A DNA stretch of 63,379 bases, counting the filler, from Octopus bimaculoides (Eukaryota), in the NCBI RefSeq assembly GCF_001194135.2. It is 5 parts of 5 records of this genome, joined end to end, with 100 filler letters (N's around TTAATTAATTAA, not from the genome) between each part and the next. Parts side by side here need not be neighbours in the genome. Positions count along the whole stretch, not along the records: positions 1 to 17,087 come from NC_068991.1; positions 17,188 to 25,387 come from NW_026332636.1; 3 more parts are not named here. The stretch is one strand, 5' to 3'. The first letter of the stretch is position 1. Every line of letters begins with the position of its first letter. Below the pieces are notes generated by a model. The model was given only the letters and a program-made list of their open reading frames with translations, had not been told where the DNA came from and made no database searches. The position numbers were made by a program, and so were the translations under genes. This document shows positions 14,113-24,148 of this stretch, piece after piece.

Positions 14113-14325
14113 GGCGGCGAGTTGGCATAATTGTTAGAACACCGGACAAAATGCTTAGCGGCATTTCGTCCATTTTTACGATCTGAGATGAAAGTCAACT
14201 GAGGTTGTCTTTGCCTTTCATCCTCTCTGGGTTGATAAAATAAATACCAGTTGTGTATTGGGGTCGATGTAATTGACTTACCGCTCCCTCAAAACTGCTG
14301 GCCTTGTACTACAATATGTAATCAT
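14113..14325 (+). mobile_element. tRNA-derived SINE family B
   Basis: ggcggcgagttggc head and gcctttcatcc...gataaaataaatacc...ggggtcgatgtaat body. Confidence 0.8.
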
Positions 14326-14762
14326 TATTATTAGTCTATGATGTTTTATATATTTCAGTGCATTCAAAAACTGTCGCATCATTAGTCACAAACTAAATCA
14401 TATTGTCGCGTTCATATAACTGTTTAGGGTTGTCGGCTCATGAAAAGTTACGGGGAACGATGACGGGAAAATCATAAGAGTGACTTGTCGATCATGTCGC
14501 TTCGCAACTTCTGCATTTTCAATCTCCGTTCTTCAAGAGGAGGCAACCACTCAGAAATGCATGCATCTCACAGTCTCGTTAGGTGGATCTGTGAGCTGAC
14601 TTGCTGTATTTAAACCTATTTGTCTAGAGTGAGAAATTTTCTCCATGACAAATAGAGTGAATGACTTTCTGGCCCGATCGAATATCCCTCAATCATATTT
14701 GTACTGGGACAAAGTTCGTATTTATACACATCACTGCTTGGCGCTGTCAGCCTGTACATTTA

Positions 14763-14859
<97 letters not shown>

Positions 14860-15059
14860 ATACACAGTGTTGTTTTTAAGCAAACAAAGATATGCGATTT
14901 CTACGGTGAGTGACAATTTTGTTAATAATAATGATATTTCATAAGCGATCACCGTGTATTGACTAAAGTAATTAGTATAAGCCCTCGAAGGGGAAAAATT
15001 TTTTTCCGTATGCGTTGGACTCGAACCTATACCTCTATATGTAAGCGATATATCCACCA

Positions 15060-15230
15060 GCCGAAACGAGAAGCTGACTGAGAAGGTTCGACGAATAGTT
15101 ATGGAAGACCGCTGTGTAATAATCCAGGAAACTTTTCTGGAAGTGGAAATAAGCACAGGAAGACCAAATTCAATTTTAATGGAAAATTTGTGCATGCGGA
15201 GGATTTGTGTGGTGTGCCATTTTTATCTTC
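15060..15230 (+). mobile_element. Mariner transposase N-terminal relic
   Basis: EKVRRIVMEDRCVIIQETFLEVEISTGRPNSILMENLCMRRIC resembles the mariner helix-turn-helix region. Confidence 0.6.
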
Positions 15231-15844
15231 TACAGTCATGGCAGTGTTGTCAATCGGGCCTGCCCTAGATGCGCGCAGAATAACCAACGGTCCTGAACAA
15301 AATGGTACAATGCCCGAGCATTGTTGACTGGTGGAGCTATGTCGAACAAATGATATAGTGCCCAGGTTATGATCTTGCTATTGGTCGACTCCATCGGGAA
15401 GATCTTCTTGATATCTTCTTTTATCCAGAAAGCGTAGGCAGTTATTTTTCGTATGACTGTATCCTACATCCATGACTTAAATTTCTACTTTGTCGAAATA
15501 TAGATGAATGGGGCTAGGATAGACCCCAAGTTGATAAGCTTGCTCTGATCTCACTCCACTAGAATGGAAAAAGCGTATTAGAGAAAGGTACCACCTGGTA
15601 GTGCTCTTTGGCGTTCGAGATTATTGAAGTTCATACGTATAAGGATAAGCATATTAACAGGGGTCCGTTGGAGATCTCATTTAAATAAAAGGGCTGGGAT
15701 CCACTGTTGGGAACCTTGAAACTATACCCATCCCTCAAATTTTCATGCCTTGCTCCAAAATCAGAAAGGATTCTTATTATTGTTACCAATAATATTTTTA
15801 TCGATTTAAAAATTTTTTTCGTGAAAAATCTTCTTTTCTACTCT

Positions 15845-16250
15845 AGGTACAAGGCCCGAAATTTTGGTGGAGGGGGCCAGTCGATTAGATCGACCCAGTA
15901 TACAACTGGTACTTAATTTATCGACCCCGAAAGTCGACCTCAGCGGAATTTGAACTCGGAACGTAAAGACAGACGAAATACCGCTAAGCGTTTCTTCCAG
16001 CGTTCTAACGTTTCTTATTTCTTTATTGCCCAAAAGGAGCTAGAGATAGAGGGGACACACAAGGACACACAAATAGATTTAAGTCGATCATATCGACCCC
16101 AATGCGTAACTGGTACTTAATTTATCGACCCCGAAAGGATAAAAGGAAAAGTTGACCTCGGCGGAACTTGAACTCAGAACGTAATGGCCCACGAAATACC
16201 GCTAAATATTTCGCCTGGCGTGCTAACGTTTCTGCCAGTTCGCCACCTTT
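15845..16250 (-). mobile_element. Two tandem SINE family B copies
   Basis: actggtacttaatttatcgaccccgaaa occurs twice. Confidence 0.85.
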
Positions 16251-17036
16251 TTCGTAGGAAATATTAAAACCTTAGTAATGAATGCAATGCAATATTTCGT
16301 TGTGGGTTCGAATCTGAAGGGCAAGGTTTATGTATCCTATTCCCTGGGTCATAATAACCATATATGGAACATGAATTCTTTTAGTCGACTCAGCAATTCG
16401 CAAGAATTTCTGTCATTTTGTAACAAATTATTTTTTTTGAAGTTATTATTACCACCGTCGTGTTGCTGAATACTATGTCTTCGAATCACGTATTCCCGTT
16501 TTATTGCTGACAATATCATCTGTTAATTTCCACCAAGTCCTTCTTTATCTGCAGTTCGTGTCATAACTATTTTCTTTTACTTTTTGTGCTTCTGAAGGAA
16601 TATGAAAATGACATTGGAAAATACTTGTGTCAGCCGTGTCAGGCAAGCCATTAAGGAACATTAGAGTCTACTTAAGAATTGTAAGATGCTGAAAGGGTCG
16701 AATAAAAGAAAAGATAAAAAAAAAACAAACATGGAAGAACAGATGCTACAACAGTAAAAAAAAAAATAATATATATATATAACAAACAAAAGAAGCAAAA
16801 AAGAAAAGCGTGAATGGGTTTCATAACGGGAGGTTAATGGATGAAAGATAGCACACAGAAATGTAACGTGGTGCTACAAAGGAATACAAGAGACAACAAA
16901 AATGTGTGACATATCAATAGACGGAGCAGAAACGTTAGAGTGCTTGGAGATTAATAAGGGTTTTAATAAAAACATGTTATACACAGACCATTGAGATAGT
17001 TAGGCGTCCATGTATATGTGTGTATATGAGTGTATA

Positions 17037-17087
<51 letters not shown>

Positions 17088-17131
17088 NNNNNNNNNNNNN
17101 NNNNNNNNNNNNNNNNNNNNNNNNNNNNNNN

Positions 17132-17143
17132 TTAATTAATTAA
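17132..17143. other. Artificial scaffold-join linker TTAATTAATTAA within a 100-bp N block
   Basis: Identical self-complementary 12-mer with stops in all six frames, centred in Ns. Also at 25432-25443, 50383-50394 and 59120-59131. Confidence 0.93.
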
Positions 17144-17187
17144 NNNNNNNNNNNNNNNNNNNNNNNNNNNNNNNNNNNNNNNNNNNN

Positions 17188-17455
17188 TTTTTCATGGCTT
17201 CGAGAACTGGGTTATCAGCGTGTACAAAAGTCCTTTTCGGCGAAATCACTACATCAAAATGCTTATGTTCTCGGATTAAAACGACTAAACACACAACGTC
17301 TGTTGAAGACTGTGCACTTCGGTGTATCTTACACAATGCGTGCGAATATTTTAGCTATTGCAATGGCTCATGTTATATGCATCGGTCGTTTTACGACAGA
17401 GAAATTAGAGATTATGCTTGCAACTGTTCATCGTATATTTTGCTCTCCGGAAACG
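17188..17455 (+). CDS. Exon of an uncharacterised, probably secreted protein with a PAN/apple-like module; 5' end truncated by a gap
   Basis: Open frame from the gap edge. DCALRCILHNACEYFSYCNGSCYMH fits the C-x3-C-x5-C...C PAN pattern. gtaggt donor, phase 1. Confidence 0.75.
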
Positions 17456-17601
17456 GTAGGTAAATCACAATTTTCTTATGTGCTTTGTTTCTTGCCTGTT
17501 TGTTAAACACATTCATGAAACACATTCTTGCCATTTAAGGGTTAACATCTTGTCTGTACACTTACATCTAAATTATTGATTTCTATCTATTTCTGATACA
17601 G

Positions 17602-17693
17602 GTAACAACAGGCAGAAAGTATTTAAGATGACCAAAGACTCATTTATAAGAACTCCTATTTATTTATACTGGGACAAACTGCCCATTGAAAAG
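17602..17693 (+). CDS. Next exon of the PAN-module gene (GNNRQKVFKMTKDSFIRTPIYLYWDKLPIEK)
   Basis: ttctgatacag acceptor and gtaatg donor. 92 bp, phase 1-0, open and compatible with flanking exons. Confidence 0.75.
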
Positions 17694-17721
17694 GTAATGA
17701 ATTTTTGAAACTTCAAAATCC

Positions 17722-18311
17722 GGATCTTTTTTAAAACGGGGGCCACATTTTTCATTAACGAAACACTTTGAAACTTGGATCACTGGTAGAATGTGTCATA
17801 TAAAACATCTTTTTCTCTTAGTCTTCTTAAAAAAAAAAGAAATCCATAAATTATTCCATGTTAAAGTTGTCGTATTTCTGTAATGTCAACCAATCACTGA
17901 CGTCCATTCAGCCGATATACATTAAGTGCCGACTACATAAACAAACGATTCTGAAACAATTAACCCTAACCCTAACCCTAACTCTAACCCTAACCCTAAC
18001 CCTAGGGTTAGAGTTAGGGTTAGGGTTAGGATTAGGGTTAAAGCAAATTCAAAATGAAAAAAGCAAATAAAACGAAGAATCGTTTGTTTATGTAGTCGGC
18101 ACTTAATGTATATCGACTGAATGGACGTCAGTGATTGGTTGAAATTATCGAAATAAGACAATTTTTTACATGAAATAAATTCGAATCCAAAAATATTTTT
18201 CTGTTCTATAACACAAAATAGATAAGTATACGAAGTTTGAAAGTCTTTCCGTACCAAAAACACTACGTAAAACATTAATGAAAAATGTGGCCCCCGTTTT
18301 AAAAAAAATCC
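17722..18311. mobile_element. Non-autonomous TIR element (MITE), copy 1, with palindromic telomere-repeat core
   Basis: TIRs of about 37 bp (GGATCTTTTTTAAAACGGGGGCCACATTTTTCATTAA, 1 mismatch). 8-bp TSD CAAAATCC at 17714-17721 and 18312-18319. Inner inverted repeat of about 65 bp. Confidence 0.92.
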
Positions 18312-18774
18312 CAAAATCCTTCTCATTTAATAAACAATCTCCATTTTGGTCAATCCGATATCTTTTGTGCGTATTTGGCTTTTTACCTTTTTTCTGACAA
18401 TATTGCAATGGTGTCCTTGGTACTCTCCATTTTGTTCTTGCAGTTTATCTTTAGTGAGAAACAGGATCCAGTTTTAATACCCTGGCTTATTTTCATACAC
18501 GATATGTGTATAACTAGATTATCCATCGTGTTCTGTCCTTTATTAAAAGGTGGAGCATAATGTAAGAGAGATGAATGAAACAAGTTAAAGAGAAAAGATA
18601 ACGATTGAAGCTCTATGTGGTCGTTCCATCTGCTAGAAATAGCAGCCATATTTTTTAAAGTCTTTTAGTAGTTTTTGAGATTTTATCGTTGAGTTTTTGA
18701 GACCTACTTTTGTCCCTCCACAAAAATCTCGATTCTAGAATTATACTCGGTTTTAGAGTGTCAGGTCATTATTT

Positions 18775-18920
18775 TCACTTCTATATTTACGAGATGAGGA
18801 ATTATGTACTTTATTTACATTATTTACATTTGACGGATATTTGTCCTCATCTTGTTTGTTGTTAACACAATGTTTCAGCTGATATACCCTCCAGCCTTCA
18901 TCAGGTGTCTTGGGGAAATT
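18775..18920 (-). mobile_element. Second copy of the hammerhead-bearing repeat
   Basis: Reverse-complement similarity to 340-490. Confidence 0.7.
18864..18909 (-). ncRNA. Hammerhead motif, second copy of the same repeat, damaged in stem III
   Basis: Minus strand reads GACAC-CTGATGA-AGGCTG-gagggtatat-CAGCT-GAAAC-ATT-GTGTT. The core is intact but the stem III G is replaced by A. Confidence 0.6.
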
Positions 18921-20255
18921 GCTAGTGGTATTTAGTTACGGATATTTACTTTCCAAGTTCAAATTCCGCCGAAGTCATCATTCAAGAGTCGATAAAATAA
19001 CGCGACAAACGTCAGATCGTAGAGATGGGGATTTCATAGACAGCAACATAACCGAAAGTGTTTGGAAATTGAGTCGGTGTGTTGACCAGGAATACCTCCA
19101 GGTTATAAAAAATCTAATGCAAATGGTTGACAATGTCGAATGGTTCAGTCTCGTCATCGGTGCGTTGGTGTAGGAGTGTGAGGGTTAAGAGGGATTGTGA
19201 GCATTAGAACTAAGAAGGAAGGGGATTTAAGGACAAGTTTGGAGAGTGATGGAACCACAACTGATGTTGGATCGATGAGGAATACATATTTTGAAGTAGA
19301 ATAACAAGGGGCTTTAACTGCTAAGATCAAAATCAGAATGGTGAGTGGTTATAAGTGTAAGTATATAGGGTTGAGTAGACATGAGTTAGAGGAAGACAGA
19401 GAAAGATTATGAGAAGATTGTGTGTCAGCGAGGAAAAATGTTTGAGGAAGAGGTGGAAGGATGAAATTTAGGTTGAAATTCACGAATATGTAGATGGGAC
19501 GGTAAAAATGCTTTTAATTCGAGACGAACTTCAGAAAAGCTACACTCTATCAGGGTCAAAAGAACTTGTTGGACATACCTACACGCGTACACTATCCCAG
19601 CATTTAGTCAGAAGCTACTATCTCTCTGTCATCTGCTCCATCTAAGAGTCTCGACCAAGGAAGAGGCTGATCAAAAATCCCCGTTTCTTGAGGTGATGCC
19701 ACAACTCATTTACTTCCGGTCCTGATGTCTCCCTTCATTCCTCCACAGAACATCAATGTGTCATTGATGTGAGATTGATTCTTGATATTTTTATCTTTTG
19801 TTTTTGTTTTTGTCCTGGCTTTGTCAGGGTTTTCTACTTCCCACAGATGCAACGAAACTTTTAGAAAGACTCCTAAATCATGACTCATTAGTTAGTAGTC
19901 CGATTCTCAGTCTCATGAGTCACCCACGTTTTCCTCTTAAACCCAATCTCTTTCTCTCCCACTCTCTTAATTTTTCACTTCTAGCACGACATAGCATTTC
20001 GTCCTCTCATTTTCCTCCTTTCTGTCTCTCTATATCTCTCCCTCCCCCTCCTCTTCCTCCTATTTTTCGTTTTCTCCAGTCTTTTTCTCCTGCTCTCAAA
20101 GTCTAACTCTTTCCCCACTGTTCTCTCCATCTCCTTCTCGCCCTCCTACTCCCTCCTTATATCTCATTCTAGTCTCCTTTTTCTTTCTACAACTCTGCCT
20201 CCCCACCACATTCTCTGAGATTTGTCACTGGTTCGAGTTTACTTTCTATTTGCAG

Positions 20256-20407
20256 GTGGAATTTCGGTTCAAGAAAGAAGATGGTGATGATGTCGAATTC
20301 ATTTTCAATGGAACAGGGACGAATTCTACATCGTGGTTCCAGAAAGATAAACTCAATAAAAATCCGTTTAACTCTCAGAATCCACAAACTGTGACTTTCA
20401 ATGCGAA
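20256..20407 (+). CDS. Third visible exon of the PAN-module gene (VEFRFKKEDGDDVEFIFNGTGTNSTSWFQKDKLNKNPFNSQNPQTVTFNA)
   Basis: tttctatttgcag acceptor and gtatat donor. 152 bp, phase 0-2. The F.G......SWF motif is recalled from uncharacterised mollusc proteins. Confidence 0.78.
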
Positions 20408-20561
20408 GTATATATTATCTTCTTACTCATAATTAACATCTTTAATCATTTAATAATTGTTCTTTTGAACACTTTCACAGTGTACATATATAAAAGGAAA
20501 GTTTACAGACATACTTTATATCTCATTGCTGTATAATATAATTCCATAATAATAATCCTTT

Positions 20562-20776
20562 CTACTATAGGCACAACGCCTGAATATTTGTTGGAGGTAA
20601 GGGGTTAGTCGATTGCATCGGTACCGGTGTCAAACTGGTAATTATTTTATCGACCACAGAAAGGGGGAAAGGCAAAGTCGACCTCGGCGGAATTTGAACT
20701 CAGGATGTATAAACGGACAAAATACTGCTAAGCATTTTGTCCGGCATGCTAAAAATTTTGCCAGTTTGCCGCCCTG
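20562..20776 (-). mobile_element. SINE family B
   Basis: gtcgacctcggcggaatttgaactc body. Confidence 0.85.
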
Positions 20777-20869
20777 CCTTATAATAAAAGATAATAATAA
20801 TATTTTCGTTATGAAACATAAGGTTTGACAAAACATCGACGAGGGTATAGATGATTTTGTGTGGGATTA

Positions 20870-20970
20870 CATGGAAACATGGAAACATGGAAAATAACGA
20901 AACATGGAAACATGGAAAATAACGAAACATGGAAACATGGAAAATAACGAAACATGGAAAATAACGAAAT
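20870..20970. repeat. Minisatellite built from CATGGAAA and ATAACGAAA modules
   Basis: The 25-bp higher-order unit occurs about three times, followed by a 17-bp variant. Confidence 0.9.
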
Positions 20971-21094
20971 CATAAGTAAAACAATTAGAAGTCAAATAGA
21001 AGCTTCCGGAGGCTACAGAGAGAAACACCTCATCATCTATGGTCAGCTTGACCATTCAGACAAGGAGTCTCTCCCAGTTTGCCTTTCTTCTGTC

Positions 21095-21330
21095 TGTTTG
21101 AACATCCTCAGAGCAGAATCTTTCACTCGGACCTTACTTGCAACTCTCACCCACCTTTCAATAAATTTGCTGGGAGGCAGCAATTCTTTCAAGACCAACA
21201 CTAACCCTTCCAAGTGAAACTTTGACCACAGCCGAACTGAAGCGAAATTAACAAGATCTGGTTTACTCAAACTGCCTGTCATTTTTACTTTCTTTATCAC
21301 GAATAACAAATTGGGTATCAAATAATTAAT
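21095..21330 (-). mobile_element. Old LINE ORF2 C-terminal fragment related to the 48589-49047 element
   Basis: KFIERWVRVASKVRV is similar to SFIKRWVNVAKMVRA. Confidence 0.5.
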
Positions 21331-21455
21331 ATCAGAGATGAAATGATAAACTCATTGATTTAATTAAACAGAACTGATTATTGTAAATACTGTCGTAAAA
21401 GTTTTCTTTATTATTAAGTTTATTAAATTTATTAATTGTAATATATTAGTTTCAG

Positions 21456-21559
21456 TTACCCGAACTTTATCATCGAGTATGAAAACGAGCATTGGCTCGA
21501 AGCCAGAAGAGAAAGTGGAAATAATGAAAAGTACGTTATGTCTCACAAAGCTGGAAGCA
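21456..21559 (+). CDS. Fourth visible exon of the PAN-module gene (NYPNFIIEYENEHWLEARRESGNNEKYVMSHKAGS)
   Basis: tagtttcag acceptor and perfect gtaagt donor. 104 bp, phase 2-1, open only in the frame required by the preceding exon. Confidence 0.72.
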
Positions 21560-21989
21560 GTAAGTAAAACATCTCCTCTTGATTTCAATGTAATTGATTG
21601 TATAACTCTGTGTTGGTGTACGCGCATGCCTGTGTGCGTGTGTGTGTGTGCGTGCGTGCGCAGCTGTGGTTTTCAAGAAGCATTGCCTCATACATATAAA
21701 TCTTTTAAATAGTTTTTTTTTTAAACTAAAACAATGCAAGTTGTAACAAAAATAAAAAATAAAAAATAAATAAAACTTCAGGTCAGTGGTTTATACTCTT
21801 GCCTAGTATTTCGGTATTTCGGGGCTAGGAATCTGTAATACTTCGACCGAGCGAACCAAAGGAGATGGCGACGTAGACGGGAAAGGCTCCTTTTTACCAT
21901 GTCGCACGGTCGAACACAAAAAACAAATTATACAACATAGAAGGCTCGTCGTGAGAGATACGAGCTATAGTGCCAGTAAATGAACAGAT

Positions 21990-22632
21990 GGATCTATTTT
22001 AAAATGGGGGCACCAGTATTTTCTTAACGAAACACTAACGAAACACTTTGAAACTTGGGACACTGGTAGAATGTGTCATATAAAACATCTTTTACTCTTA
22101 GTCTTCTTAACAAAAAAATGTACATCGCAAGTTATTCCATGTTAAAGTTGTCGTATTTCTGTAATTTCAACCAATCACTGACGTCTATTCAGCTGAATAG
22201 AGTTACTGCTGGGCGGTCATAAAAATGTTATTCCCTGTGACATAGTTCATCCGGTTTAATCGTAATTTATACGCATATATTGTTTATATAATAAATTACG
22301 CTGTGCGTATCTGTGTGTGTAACAATTTTAGAGTTCGGATTCTCGGGTTAGGGTTAGGGTTACGGTTAACAGTCTAGTTAGGGTTAGGGTTAGGGGATTA
22401 ATACGATATACACCGTTACAGCGCTAACTGTTTTCAACTGAATAGACGTCAGTGATTAGTAGAAATTATCGAAATAAGACAATTTTTTACATGAAATAAA
22501 TTCGAATACAAAATTTTTTTTCTGTTCTATAACACAAAATAGATAAGTATACGAAGTTTGAAAGTCTTTCGGTACCAAAAACACTACATAAAACATAAAT
22601 GAAAACTGGTGCCCCCGTTTTAAGATAGATCC
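21990..22632. mobile_element. Same MITE family, copy 2, with a different core
   Basis: TIRs GGATCTATTTTAAAAYGGGGGCACCAGT. 8-bp TSD GAACAGAT at 21982-21989 and 22633-22640. Arms are near-identical to copy 1. Confidence 0.92.
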
Positions 22633-22899
22633 GAACAGATTAGGACAGACAACCGATATAAGTTTATTAACATAGTGAAACTGTTTGTGCCTGTGTGTGC
22701 GTGCATGCGACATCTAAAATTAACACAGTAGATAAGTCAGGCCTTCGTGTACAAGAGAAGGTATACAAGAATGTGAAATAACGGACAGTCGTATAAGAAA
22801 TAGTGTGTGTACGATATGTGAGTGTACAAGAGTGTGTGTGAGTGAGAGGAAACACAGAACATAGAAAGAATGTCTGTAACATGTTTGTGTGTGTGTGTG

Positions 22900-23024
22900 T
22901 GTGTGTTTGTCCCCCAACATTGCTTGACAACCGATGCTGGTGTGTTTACGTCCCCGTAACTTAGCGGTTCGGCAAAAGAAACCGATAGAAAAAGTACTAG
23001 GCTTACAAAGAATAAAAAGAAAGA

Positions 23025-23025
<1 letters not shown>
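22900..23025 (+). mobile_element. SINE family A, 3' part
   Basis: gacaaccgatgctggtgtgtttacgtccccgtaacttagcggttcggc. Confidence 0.85.
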
Positions 23026-23056
<31 letters not shown>

Positions 23057-23892
23057 NNNNNNNNNNNNNNNNNNNNNNNNNNNNNNNNNNNNNNNNNNNN
23101 NNNNNNNNNNNNNNNNNNNNNNNNNNNNNNNNNNNNNNNNNNNNNNNNNNNNNNNNNNNNNNNNNNNNNNNNNNNNNNNNNNNNNNNNNNNNNNNNNNNN
23201 NNNNNNNNNNNNNNNNNNNNNNNNNNNNNNNNNNNNNNNNNNNNNNNNNNNNNNNNNNNNNNNNNNNNNNNNNNNNNNNNNNNNNNNNNNNNNNNNNNNN
23301 NNNNNNNNNNNNNNNNNNNNNNNNNNNNNNNNNNNNNNNNNNNNNNNNNNNNNNNNNNNNNNNNNNNNNNNNNNNNNNNNNNNNNNNNNNNNNNNNNNNN
23401 NNNNNNNNNNNNNNNNNNNNNNNNNNNNNNNNNNNNNNNNNNNNNNNNNNNNNNNNNNNNNNNNNNNNNNNNNNNNNNNNNNNNNNNNNNNNNNNNNNNN
23501 NNNNNNNNNNNNNNNNNNNNNNNNNNNNNNNNNNNNNNNNNNNNNNNNNNNNNNNNNNNNNNNNNNNNNNNNNNNNNNNNNNNNNNNNNNNNNNNNNNNN
23601 NNNNNNNNNNNNNNNNNNNNNNNNNNNNNNNNNNNNNNNNNNNNNNNNNNNNNNNNNNNNNNNNNNNNNNNNNNNNNNNNNNNNNNNNNNNNNNNNNNNN
23701 NNNNNNNNNNNNNNNNNNNNNNNNNNNNNNNNNNNNNNNNNNNNNNNNNNNNNNNNNNNNNNNNNNNNNNNNNNNNNNNNNNNNNNNNNNNNNNNNNNNN
23801 NNNNNNNNNNNNNNNNNNNNNNNNNNNNNNNNNNNNNNNNNNNNNNNNNNNNNNNNNNNNNNNNNNNNNNNNNNNNNNNNNNNNNNNNNNNN

Positions 23893-23928
23893 TATGAATC
23901 CCTGGTCATCTCAGTAATTTTAAAGTAG
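23893..23928 (+). CDS. Possible tail of the terminal exon of the PAN-module gene (YESLVISVILK-stop); start lies in the gap
   Basis: Short hydrophobic frame ending in TAG at a gap edge. No acceptor is visible, so the link is inferred. Confidence 0.25.
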   Translation, partial: YESLVISVILK

Positions 23929-23958
23929 AATATACATTATTCCAGAAACTGCATATTC

Positions 23959-23989
<31 letters not shown>

Positions 23990-24117
23990 CATACATACAT
24001 ACATACATACATACATACATACGATGCTGATAAAAGTTCCAATGAAGGAGCCTTGAATCTATGTTAGAGTCCGGCTCTTTCTCTATTGACAGGAAATACA
24101 GAAATGGAACTGATTGA

Positions 24118-24148
<31 letters not shown>

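Noticed and set aside
17958-18040. Relic of a telomere-telomere chromosome fusion
   Set aside because: The order is (CCCTAA)n(TTAGGG)n, opposite to a fusion, and the tract lies within a TSD-flanked MITE.
20870-20970. CRISPR-like array
   Set aside because: No unique spacers, eukaryotic context and no cas genes.
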